DNA of 64,000 nt, from assembly GCA_963778755.1 (NCBI GenBank), contig CAVZVJ010000004.1:18836-82835 (forward strand), written 5' to 3'. Within the stretch, counting starts at the first letter, position 1, and each line of letters begins with the position of its first letter. This DNA comes from an uncultured Acidobacteriota bacterium. GTDB lineage: Bacteria > Actinomycetota > Acidimicrobiia > Spongiisociales > ZC4RG35. The notes under the pieces are model-generated. The model worked only from the letters and a program-made list of their open reading frames with translations. It made no database searches and was not told where the DNA came from. Below are positions 54,736 to 63,157 of the stretch, in pieces. Made by a program: the position numbers and the translations under genes.

Positions 54736-55338
54736 CTAGACGGGATCGGGAATCGGGTCCGGCAACAGGTCGAGGAGCTGGGTGTTCAACTTGTGGAAGA
54801 GCTCGGACGGCATGGAGCCCTCCACATGTCGGCGATTGATCTCTTTCACCAGCTTCAGCCACTCGGCGAATGCATCCGCCGGCGACACCGAATCTGAGGT
54901 CAGGGCATCGGCAATTTGGGTGATCCGAAGCTCGACATCGTCGAGTTGCTCCGACGCCGGCGGGGGCTTGGCGACAGCTCGAGGCGTCTTGACCTGATTG
55001 TTTGGCTTCGGGGACTGCGTCTCGCGCTCCACCGGGGAAGGCCGGCGGCGGGTCGGCTGTTCCGTCTTAACCACCGCTGAACGTGTGGGGCGTTTGTCAA
55101 TGCCGAGAGCGGCAGCGAATCGCTTCGAGTCGGTGACCGTGAGGACGATCTCCTCGCCGTCGACTCTGATGTGAAACCCGTCTGACAGAGAGGAAATATC
55201 GAGCTCTTCGAGGGGCCAGACCCCCACCGTTCGGTCTGCAGCCGTCAAGGTCATTCGCTCATGTCCGATGTCCACCTCCACGCCCATCGGCAGCTTGGAG
55301 CGGCCTGGAAGGCGAAGCCTTGCATCGAACGATGACAT
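54736..55338 (-). CDS. conserved hypothetical protein, paralog B of 2737..3273
   Basis: ATG 55338 follows GGTGGAGGAA. MSSFDARLRLPGRSKLPMGVEVDIGHERMTLTAADRTV... and the C-terminal LKLVKEINRRH...LNTQLLDLLPDP parallel paralog A. It has a longer Pro/Lys/Arg-rich linker. Confidence 0.7.
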   Translation of the reverse strand: MSSFDARLRLPGRSKLPMGVEVDIGHERMTLTAADRTVGVWPLEELDISSLSDGFHIRVDGEEIVLTVTDSKRFAAALGIDKRPTRSAVVKTEQPTRRRPSPVERETQSPKPNNQVKTPRAVAKPPPASEQLDDVELRITQIADALTSDSVSPADAFAEWLKLVKEINRRHVEGSMPSELFHKLNTQLLDLLPDPIPDPV

Positions 55339-55527
55339 CTTTCCTCCACCGGTGAAACAACGCTGTTCTGCTTCCTTTGTAATCGTTGGGCAGGCCCTGA
55401 TCCTTACGGCCCAACAAGGCAAATAGGGACTTCGAAATCCCGGGCACCGGGTCTTTCGTCCCTACTGCGCGTTGCGGTCTGGAGTGATAGTTCGAGAGGC
55501 AACTGCCTTCGAAGGACGGATTGATCA

Positions 55528-56358
55528 ATGCATGTCGAACATGGGGAGTCGGGGGTGACGGCGATTTCGGCACCAGTCGCCGAGTTGCCCAACTCTGTTG
55601 TCCTCATACGTCAACGAATCGCCCGCGGCCTGCTCGGCGGCCGTCGTGTCTGGTGGGCGCTTTTCATGCGGAGTCTGCTGGCGGTTGGGTTCCAGTCACT
55701 GTTCGCTGCCGCCTTTCTGATCGCTGGCAATTCCGCACCATGGCGCTCGGCCGCGGACTGGTGGCTTGCTTCGTTCGCTTTGGCCGAGGTGGTGAATCTT
55801 TGGTTGTTGAACCGGTGGGCACGAGCGGAGGGAATCGCAATTCGCCACCTGTACAACCTCGATCGTCGGGGTTGGAGAGCGGACATCAAATGGCTTGTCC
55901 TGGCACTCCTGGTTGCTGCGCCCCTGGGTTTCCTGCCCAACGTCCTTCTCGCTCAGGGTTTGTGGGCGGATCCAGCGACACCTGCGGATCTGACCTTCCG
56001 CGCCGTCCCGATCCTTGCCGCATGGCTGATGGTCGGGCTGTTCCCGATCATCCATGCACTGACCGAACTGCCTACCTACTTCGGGTATGTGATGCCCCGG
56101 CTCCAGGCCCTGACCGGGCGCCCCTGGATGCCGCTCTTGGTGACCTCGGCCATGCTCTCCACCCAGCACGTGTTTCTGCCGCTGCTCTTCGACTGGCGGT
56201 ACCTCGTCTGGCGGTTACTGATGTTCCTCCCGTTCGCCCTCTGGTTCGGTTGGATCGTCAAGAGACGTCCGACGGTCCTGCCCTACCTCGTGGTGGCTCA
56301 CGCCCTACTGGATCTGAGCCTCCCCATCTACGTGCTGCAGGCTTCGTTGGGTGGCTGA
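55528..56358 (+). CDS. CPBP/CAAX-protease-like intramembrane protein (degenerate first motif)
   Basis: A polytopic protein. TELPTYFGY occupies the place of EExxxRGY, then come STQHVF and VVAHALLDL (HxxxD/N). The family call is tentative. Confidence 0.5.
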   Translation: MHVEHGESGVTAISAPVAELPNSVVLIRQRIARGLLGGRRVWWALFMRSLLAVGFQSLFAAAFLIAGNSAPWRSAADWWLASFALAEVVNLWLLNRWARAEGIAIRHLYNLDRRGWRADIKWLVLALLVAAPLGFLPNVLLAQGLWADPATPADLTFRAVPILAAWLMVGLFPIIHALTELPTYFGYVMPRLQALTGRPWMPLLVTSAMLSTQHVFLPLLFDWRYLVWRLLMFLPFALWFGWIVKRRPTVLPYLVVAHALLDLSLPIYVLQASLGG

Positions 56359-56411
56359 CCGGCTTCTGGATGTGTGATTGACTCGACCTCCCCGGGTATG
56401 TTCGGGAAGCG

Positions 56412-56567
56412 ATGAACGACTCGCCTGATTGGACGGACTTCAACGAGTCCGATCCGGGGATCACTTTCCTGCAGTTGTTCGCCTTCGTCGCCATCGTGGG
56501 CATCCTCGGTGCGGGGCTGATTTCCATCTGGCAACGCAGGCGGAGACGTCGCCGACCGATCCCCTAG
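56412..56567 (+). CDS. possible 51-aa small membrane protein
   Basis: Not in the ORF track because it is under 60 aa. It reads MNDSPDWTDFNESDPGITFLQLFAFVAIVGILGAGLISIWQRRRRRRRPIP*, that is one TM plus a poly-Arg tail. Coding status is unproven. Confidence 0.3.
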   Translation: MNDSPDWTDFNESDPGITFLQLFAFVAIVGILGAGLISIWQRRRRRRRPIP

Positions 56568-56611
56568 CCGGCAGTTGCGCTCGGCGGCCGAGTCGGTTAA
56601 CGTACAACCAG

Positions 56612-56962
56612 ATGGTTGTAGATACTGTCAAGGATCAGCACGTCGACCGGATCTTCCAAGCCCTTGCCGATGCCACGAGGCGGGACATCGTGAGACGCGC
56701 CATGGAGGCCGGGCAGTCGGTGTCGACTCTGGCCCGGCACTACCCGATGAGCTTCGCGGCCGTCCAGAAACACGTCGCTGTCCTCGAGCGGGCCGATCTG
56801 ATCCACAAGCAGCGACAGGGGCGCGAGCAACTGGTCCACAGCAACATCGACACCATTCGTGACGCATTCGGGCTGCTCGAGCAGCTGGAAGCTGTCTGGC
56901 GCAGTCGAATCGACCGATTCGGCGAGGTTCTCGCCGAACAGGGTGAAGGAGAAACCACATGA
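56612..56962 (+). CDS. ArsR/SmtB-family transcriptional regulator
   Basis: Reads IFQALADATRRDIVRRAMEAGQSVSTLARHYPMSFAAVQKHVAVLERADLI. ATG 56612 was chosen. Confidence 0.85.
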   Translation: MVVDTVKDQHVDRIFQALADATRRDIVRRAMEAGQSVSTLARHYPMSFAAVQKHVAVLERADLIHKQRQGREQLVHSNIDTIRDAFGLLEQLEAVWRSRIDRFGEVLAEQGEGETT

Positions 56963-57462
56963 CCGTGACCAACGTCCGCAAGGATCCACTTGCAATGAGC
57001 ATGACGATCACCGCCGAGTTCGATACGTCGATCGGACCGGTATGGCAGATGTGGGAGGATCCTCGTCTGCTCGAGCGATGGTGGGGGCCTCCGACCTTTC
57101 CGGCGACCGTCGTCGCCTACGACCTGACCCCGGGTGGCATGGTCGACTACTTCATGACCGGCCCCGAAGGCGAACAGCCTCACGGCTGGTGGCGGATCAT
57201 CGAGGTCGATGCTCCCCACGACCTCGAATTCGAGGCCGGCTTCGCCGACGTCGACGGCCAACCCGATCCCAACATGCCGACATCGATCATCCGCGTGAAC
57301 CTCGACGAACAGCCCGACGGCGGCACTCGCATGACGATCGAGACCATTTTCCCCACAGTCGAGGTGATGGAACAGGTGCTGGCCATGGGCATGGAGGAAG
57401 GCATGACACTCGCGGTTGGACAGATCGACGGACTACTCGAGGCCGAGGTCACCGCCCGCTAG
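56959..57462 (+). CDS. SRPBCC (AHSA1/START-like) family protein
   Basis: It overlaps the ArsR stop by 4 nt. Reads VWQMWEDPRLLERWWGPP...GGMVDYFMTGPEG...WWRIIEVDAPH. This is the typical ArsR-SRPBCC pairing. Confidence 0.85.
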   Translation: MTVTNVRKDPLAMSMTITAEFDTSIGPVWQMWEDPRLLERWWGPPTFPATVVAYDLTPGGMVDYFMTGPEGEQPHGWWRIIEVDAPHDLEFEAGFADVDGQPDPNMPTSIIRVNLDEQPDGGTRMTIETIFPTVEVMEQVLAMGMEEGMTLAVGQIDGLLEAEVTAR

Positions 57463-57527
57463 CCGGCGTGTTCCCAAGAACCCCGCACGAATCCGGTTGA
57501 CTGTGGGGGGATGAACCAAAGAGCCGG

Positions 57528-59088
57528 ATGAGCAACGGGCAGTTCCTGTCGAGTGTCACTTACTTCCTGGCCTTGTTTGCCGCCATCCCGGCGCTCTTGG
57601 TGACCTGGCTATTGCTCCGCAGGTATCGGAAATCGGTGATCAGGCTGATGAATCAGCGGGGCGTCCCTCAGGCCGGGTCGGAACCGGAGCCGGCCGTCCC
57701 GGTCCGACCCGAACCGGAAGAGGGCAACTCGGTCACCGTCGACGTCGGGATTCGACGCAACGTCGCTCTGGTGGTGATCATCGGGATCCTTGGAGGCCTC
57801 GCCTTCGGAGCCCTCTTCCTCACCGGGAACGACTTGGAAGTCGGGCCCTACCGTCTCGCCTTCTTCGGAGTGCTCTACTCCTGGCCCTCGGTCCTCGGCA
57901 TTTGGATCGTGACCGGGGCGAGGCGTCGCTGGGTGTGGTCCTCGATGGCCATTTACTTCGTGGTCCTCATGGTCGTCAGCCTCATCGCCGGGGCCCACCC
58001 GAGCGACCCCGTGAAGCTCTGGCTGTGGAGTCTGATCCCGACCGTGGCGGTGATCGGGTTCATGGCCCGCCCGTTGCGAGGGGTTGGGACCATGGTGCTC
58101 GGGGTGATGATGGCGGGGATTGTCGGATCCCAGGCGTTTGCCGTCTCAGTCGTCGGATCGGACCCGTTGCTCAACCTCTGGATCGACGTCACCACAGCCC
58201 TTGGGCTCGGCGACGCCAACCTCCAGTTCTACGGGCTCCAGGTGGTCGGGTTCCTCGGGGCCATACTCGTCGCCCTTCTCGCGGTGCGACTCCTCGCCGG
58301 CTGGTACGCCGGGCGCGGGTTCTCCGATCAGATGCTGTTGCTTGGCTCGGTGTTCCTGGTGTTCGCCATCGACTATTCGGTCTCCGTTGACCCCACCGAC
58401 GGCAGCGCCTTCTGGGTGGGGATGGCCATGTATGGCGCCCTCGGCCTGGTGGCGTTGCTCCTGTACCGGGTGGTCCATCGACCCGGAGCCCATCCGGTGA
58501 ATCTCTTGGTGCTTCGGGTGTTCTCCCCGCGTCAGGGGGCCCAGCGCCTCCTGGAACGGATCGACGCCGAATGGAGGTATGTGGGCCCGGTGAGGATGAT
58601 CGGCGGCCCCGACCTGGCCATCGCCTCCGTCGAGCCCGACGAGTTCATCCAATTCGTCCTCGGCCGTCTGCGCCGACTGTTCATCGACGCACCGGCCACA
58701 CTCGAGCACAGGCTCGAGCGCCCTCAACACCCGGGCCGACCCCGACGCCAGATACCGGGTCGAGGAGTTCTTCTGCTTCGACGACACTTGGCGACTGACG
58801 GTGGCCCAGCTCCTGGCCCGCAGCGACGTGGTGATGATGGATCTCCGCGGGTTCGGCGCCGACCATCATGGATGCATCGACGAGCTGGCATTGCTCGGCT
58901 CCGAGCAAGCCCTCACCCGGACTGTCCTCCTGGTCGACGCCACCACCGATCGCAAACTGCTCGACTCGATCTTGCCTGACGATCCGGGAAGCGCTCCGAC
59001 GCTGATCGGGGTCGCCGACTATGACCCCGCCGCTCCGACCGTCGCCGCCTGCCTGGCCGCGGCAACTCGGGGAGCCAGCCCCAGCTGA
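57528..59088 (+). pseudogene. polytopic membrane protein with a soluble C-terminal domain, with the frame broken once (+1); first gene of the TIR cluster
   Basis: Has about 9-10 TM helices. Then NLLVLRVFSPRQGAQRLLERIDAEWRYVGPVRMIGGPDLAI...ATLEHRLE (frame of 57528) continues as RALNTRADPDARYRVEEFFCFDDTWRLTVAQLLARSDVVMMDLRGFGADHHGCIDEL (frame of 58801). The junction is near 58715-58725. Confidence 0.6.
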
Positions 59089-59094
59089 CGGTAG

Positions 59095-61162
59095 ATTCTC
59101 CCCATCGAACTGATCGCTTCGATCAAGCGTCGTCTGGCCAGCCCGCGGATCTTCATAAGTTATCGGCGCAGCGATGCGGGAGGACATGCGGGCAGGCTTC
59201 ATGCCGCCCTCTCTGATTACTACGCCGGCCGGGCGATCTGGCTCGACCACGAGACCCTTGGGCCGGGCGAGGACTTCGCCACCGCCCTGGACGCCGCGCT
59301 GGCCGGCAGCGACGCGTTGCTGGCCATCATCGGTCCCGACTGGCTGACTGCCGAGAGAGACGGCAAGCGTCGACTCGACGATCCCGACGACTGGGTGCGC
59401 CGCGAGATCGCCATCGCTCTTGGTCTGAGCAGAGTCTCCGTCATTCCGGTCTTGGTCGGTGACACTGAGCTCCCCACGGCCGAGCAGCTTCCAGAGCCGC
59501 TGCAGCGCCCTGCCCGGCCGGCAGGCGATCACGGTGCGGCCCGACCGTTTCGAGGACGACGTCGACAATCTCATCGAGCACATCGGGGGACGACGGCGGC
59601 GCTGGCACGGGTTCCCGCTCTGGACCTGGCTGGCGGCCGCAGGTGTGCTAATCGCTGTCGTAGCGGTCGCTTTCGTGATTCGGAGCAACCGGGCACCCCA
59701 GTTCGACCTGCCGGCTCCGGTTACCGCAATTGGACAGACCGAGACAGAAATCGACCTTCTTCCCTGGATCGAGGACGAGGACAAGTCCAGCCTGAAGTTC
59801 TCCTTCGAGAACGAGTCAGTTCATGGCGGCAGCGTGCTGGAGATGGGTGGGGGAGTCATCACTTATGTAGGTCCGGGCCGATACCGAGGACCGGACTCGT
59901 TCCAATTCACTGTCACCGACGATCACGGCGAGAAGACGACAGAGACCATGAGCATCGATGTCACCCTGGGGCCCATCGGAGGCCTGTTCAACGTGGCCGT
60001 TGCTGAGTTCTCCGCGACCGGCCAGGCTCCGGCCGCCGCCGTGTCCGAGTCTCTCTATCAACAGATCGTCTCTGCTCTGAAAGACACGGGGGTCGAGATC
60101 GAGGTTGCCGGGCCAGCTGAGGTCGGCCTCATCGCCGGCGACACTCCCGACAGCCGGGCCGAGGCCGCGGCTCGGTTTGCTGAACAGACCGCCGCCGACG
60201 TGGTGGTCTACGGGGCCCTCGACACCGATGGGGGAGTTTCGAATATCTCCGCAGAGTTCTATCTCTCAGGGCGGAGTCTGGGTGATGTCGAGGAACTGGT
60301 TGGCACCTACGCCCTGGACACCGAGGAGTTGGGTGCCACCGCGCCGGCGGCTTTGAGCAGCAAGGCAAACCAAATTCTGGCGCCCAAGGTCGAGGCTCTG
60401 ACCAAGCTGGCGCTGGGGCTTAGTCACTACCAGTTGCAGGAATACGAAGAGGCGAAGGATCTCTTTGTTGATGCGGCCGTGGACTGGCCCGGAAGTGGCA
60501 ATGACACGAACGGGCAGGAAGTTGTGTTCCACCTCCTGGGAAACGTCAACGGGCTGCTCGGCGACCTCGACGAGGCTGAGTCCTCCTACGAACGGGCTTT
60601 GGGGCTCAACCCCGATTACTCCCGAGCTCAGTTCGGGATGGCGGAGGTCAAATACCAGCGCTCGAGAGGGCCTAATTGCGCCGGAGATGGGCCAGTCGAC
60701 ATCGCTGGTTTGCAGAGCGCGATCGATGACTTCGAAAAGGTGGCCGGGATGGACGCGCCGGAGCTCGCCTTTCTTCCGGAGCGATCACAGATCGAGATCG
60801 CACGTATCGATCTTTGTCTGAGCAGCTATGGCGCCGGTGGCCAGGCGGAGGCCTTGTCCGTGCTCGAAACGGTGCTGCCCGGCCTCGAGGCCGACTCTCG
60901 AACCAGGGACCTGGCGGCTGAGGCTCACGCCACCCTCGGCGCCTACTACATGTCGATAGGTGAGAATCAGAGAGCAGCTAGCGAGTTTGAGACTGCAGTC
61001 GACAGCACTTTGGACACGGTGCGGCTGCGGAGGTTCTACATCTCGTTGGACTACGTGTACCGGTGTCTGCTCCAAATCGACGACATGGCTAATCGGTACT
61101 TGCAAGAGGCGCAAAGCCTCCCAGGGGATCCGATCGCAGCCGCAACCTGTCCTCCTGAGTAA
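59095..61162 (+). pseudogene. TIR-domain protein with TM helix, Ig/cadherin-like domain, TolB_N-like region and TPRs, with the frame broken once (+1) and no canonical start codon
   Basis: The TIR part reads RIFISYRRSDAGGHAGRLHAAL...DALLAIIGPDWL...DWVRREIAIAL...VIPVLVG...LPEPLQ (frame 1), then LPGRQAITVRPDRFEDDVDNLIEHI (frame 2, ORF 59459..61162). The junction is near 59503-59512. The TM is FPLWTWLAAAGVLIAVVAVAFVI. Then come ITYVGPGRYRGPDSFQFTVTDDHGEKTTETMSIDV, FNVAVAEFSATGQ and TPR-like repeats. Confidence 0.7.
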
Positions 61163-61207
61163 AAGAGGCGTAGGGTTCCAGATGCGCGCCTTTGGAGGGG
61201 CTCGGAA

Positions 61208-62152
61208 ATGAAGCGCAGTACCGGATTGATGCTGGCGTTGCTTTTGGCGACGTCTTGTGGTGGCGATGCCGTGGCCAGCACCACGTCGGCAGCCAGCGCC
61301 TCTTCGTCGAGCAGCACCACCTCGACGACGACGACCATTCCCGAGACCACGACCGAAGCAGGACCGACAACCACCGGTGGACCACCGGCCACTCTTCCTT
61401 CCGAGATCGCCCAGACCGTCTTCGCGTTTGCCGGGGGACAGTCTCAGATCTTTGTGACGGTCGAGGTCGCCGATTCGCCAAACGGCCCCTGGCTGCCCGC
61501 CGGGATTTTCCTCGATTTCCCACCGGCGCTCAGCGGGCCCAACTACTGGGTCAAATTCACTATTGAGAACCAGGACGAGCTGGGACAGGTCGTAGATGTC
61601 GAGATTTCGGGGGAGAGCGGATTCGACCTTGGGACGGATGTGTGCGCATTGGACTTCCCGATTCCTATCGGTGGCTCTGACAGTTGCGTTGTGGGCGACA
61701 CAGAGGGCTTCCCGGTCCTCTCCGGTACCACGGAGAACGACTTCTTCATCACTGCAAAGAGCCAGCACCAGGGGTTGGGTGACGGCCTCTGGTTCCAGCC
61801 CGAGGTGCCCACGACGCTCGAGTTCGATGGCGCCAGGCACAGTTTCGTGTTCCTGTTCGACGTCGGCTCAAGCGATGAGGGCGTGAGGGTCGACGGCAAG
61901 GCCGATGGGTCGGCGGTCGCTATTTCCGGTTTGTCGGGCCCGGTCCGCGTCGACTGTTCGGATGGGTTCTCGAACGGGGTGAGCGACACCGGGGGGAGCC
62001 CCCGTTCGGGCGAACCGACCATCGTGGCCTATGTCATCGAGAACTTCTCCCGTTCTGGAGAAAGTCAAGGAGGATGCGCCGAGATCCCGACCGAGATACT
62101 CGATATGGATATCGACGGCGACACGTTCGCCTACGCCTATGTCGGTCCGTAG
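61208..62152 (+). CDS. putative lipoprotein with Ser/Thr-rich linker (hypothetical)
   Basis: MKRSTGLMLALLLATSCGG is a lipobox-like signal. It is followed by ASTTSAASASSSSSTTSTTTTIPETTTEAGPTTTGGPP. The globular part is Cys-containing and has no recognised family. Confidence 0.65.
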   Translation: MKRSTGLMLALLLATSCGGDAVASTTSAASASSSSSTTSTTTTIPETTTEAGPTTTGGPPATLPSEIAQTVFAFAGGQSQIFVTVEVADSPNGPWLPAGIFLDFPPALSGPNYWVKFTIENQDELGQVVDVEISGESGFDLGTDVCALDFPIPIGGSDSCVVGDTEGFPVLSGTTENDFFITAKSQHQGLGDGLWFQPEVPTTLEFDGARHSFVFLFDVGSSDEGVRVDGKADGSAVAISGLSGPVRVDCSDGFSNGVSDTGGSPRSGEPTIVAYVIENFSRSGESQGGCAEIPTEILDMDIDGDTFAYAYVGP

Positions 62153-62198
62153 CCGAGACCCCGGCGCGTAGGCTCGCCACGACAAGAGGAGGGATTCG

Positions 62199-63152
62199 AT
62201 GGGCCACGTCACGTTCATTCACGGCATCATGAACCAGCCGTCGCCAGAGCGGCTGCTCACCACCTGGAAACGGGACCTCGCCGACGGAGGTGACGGTGTC
62301 GACCTCGACGTCTACGGCGTCACCTCGTCGATGGTCTACTGGGCAGACGTCATGTACCCGGTCCCCACCGACTCCGGCGGCACGCACGAGTCGATCGAGT
62401 ACGAGGGCATCGAGTCGGGTGCTCTTACCGAGGTCGACGAGTCGTACATCGACGAGGCCGATGGCGAGGAGAAGGCTTTCATCGATGCGATGGTCGCCAA
62501 TTACGACCTCGACCATGTGGACGAGGCCGAGGCACCCGAACCATCCGACCAGCCGGTGGTCCCTCCTGAGGCGAAATTGGCGGCGGCCTCGGCCCTGGAG
62601 GCAGTTCCTCTTCCCTGGTTCATCAAGGGCCCGATGATGAGGGTCCTGCTCCGCGATGTGCACCACTATCTCTTCAACTCGACCCACTCGCCACGCACCG
62701 GCACTACCTACAAGGTCCGAGACGAGGTCCGGAGCCGGTTCGTCGCCGACCTTTCCAAAGTGAGCGACCGTCCTCATGTGGTCGTGGCCCACAGTCTGGG
62801 GACGGTGATCAGTTATGACTGTTTGAAGCGGGTGGCGAACACCAAGGAGATCGACATGCTGATCACCCTCGGGACGCCGCTCGGCCTCTCCGAGGTGGAG
62901 GACAAGCTCAAGCCGGAGTGGTCAAAGGACGACGGGTTCCCCTCAATCGTTCCCCGCTGGGAGAACGTCGTCGACCGTCTCGACCCGGTGTGCGCCGCCG
63001 ACCCCTTCCTCGCCAACGACTACAAGCGCAAGAATCAGGCGGTGGTCGTCGACCGTGTGGTTTCCAACGGCGGAGCGTTCCGCCATCCCTCGGGCAAGTA
63101 CTTCCGCCAGCAGGTGGTTCAGGACGCCGTCCGTGAGGGTCTCGGCCTCTGA
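62199..63152 (+). CDS. lipase-like alpha/beta hydrolase
   Basis: Reads HVTFIHGIMNQP, has the nucleophile elbow VVVAHSLGTVISYDCL, then LITLGTPLG and DRLDPV. Confidence 0.65.
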   Translation: MGHVTFIHGIMNQPSPERLLTTWKRDLADGGDGVDLDVYGVTSSMVYWADVMYPVPTDSGGTHESIEYEGIESGALTEVDESYIDEADGEEKAFIDAMVANYDLDHVDEAEAPEPSDQPVVPPEAKLAAASALEAVPLPWFIKGPMMRVLLRDVHHYLFNSTHSPRTGTTYKVRDEVRSRFVADLSKVSDRPHVVVAHSLGTVISYDCLKRVANTKEIDMLITLGTPLGLSEVEDKLKPEWSKDDGFPSIVPRWENVVDRLDPVCAADPFLANDYKRKNQAVVVDRVVSNGGAFRHPSGKYFRQQVVQDAVREGLGL

Positions 63153-63157
63153 GCGAC

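Noticed and set aside
58681-59784. 367-aa minus-strand ORF across the membrane-protein/TIR junction, with similar long antisense ORFs at 60785..61840, 62034..62792 and 63197..63961
   Set aside because: No motifs and an Arg/Gly-rich composition. The plus strand gives TIR, TPR, lipoprotein-signal, hydrolase and DUF4071-like readings.
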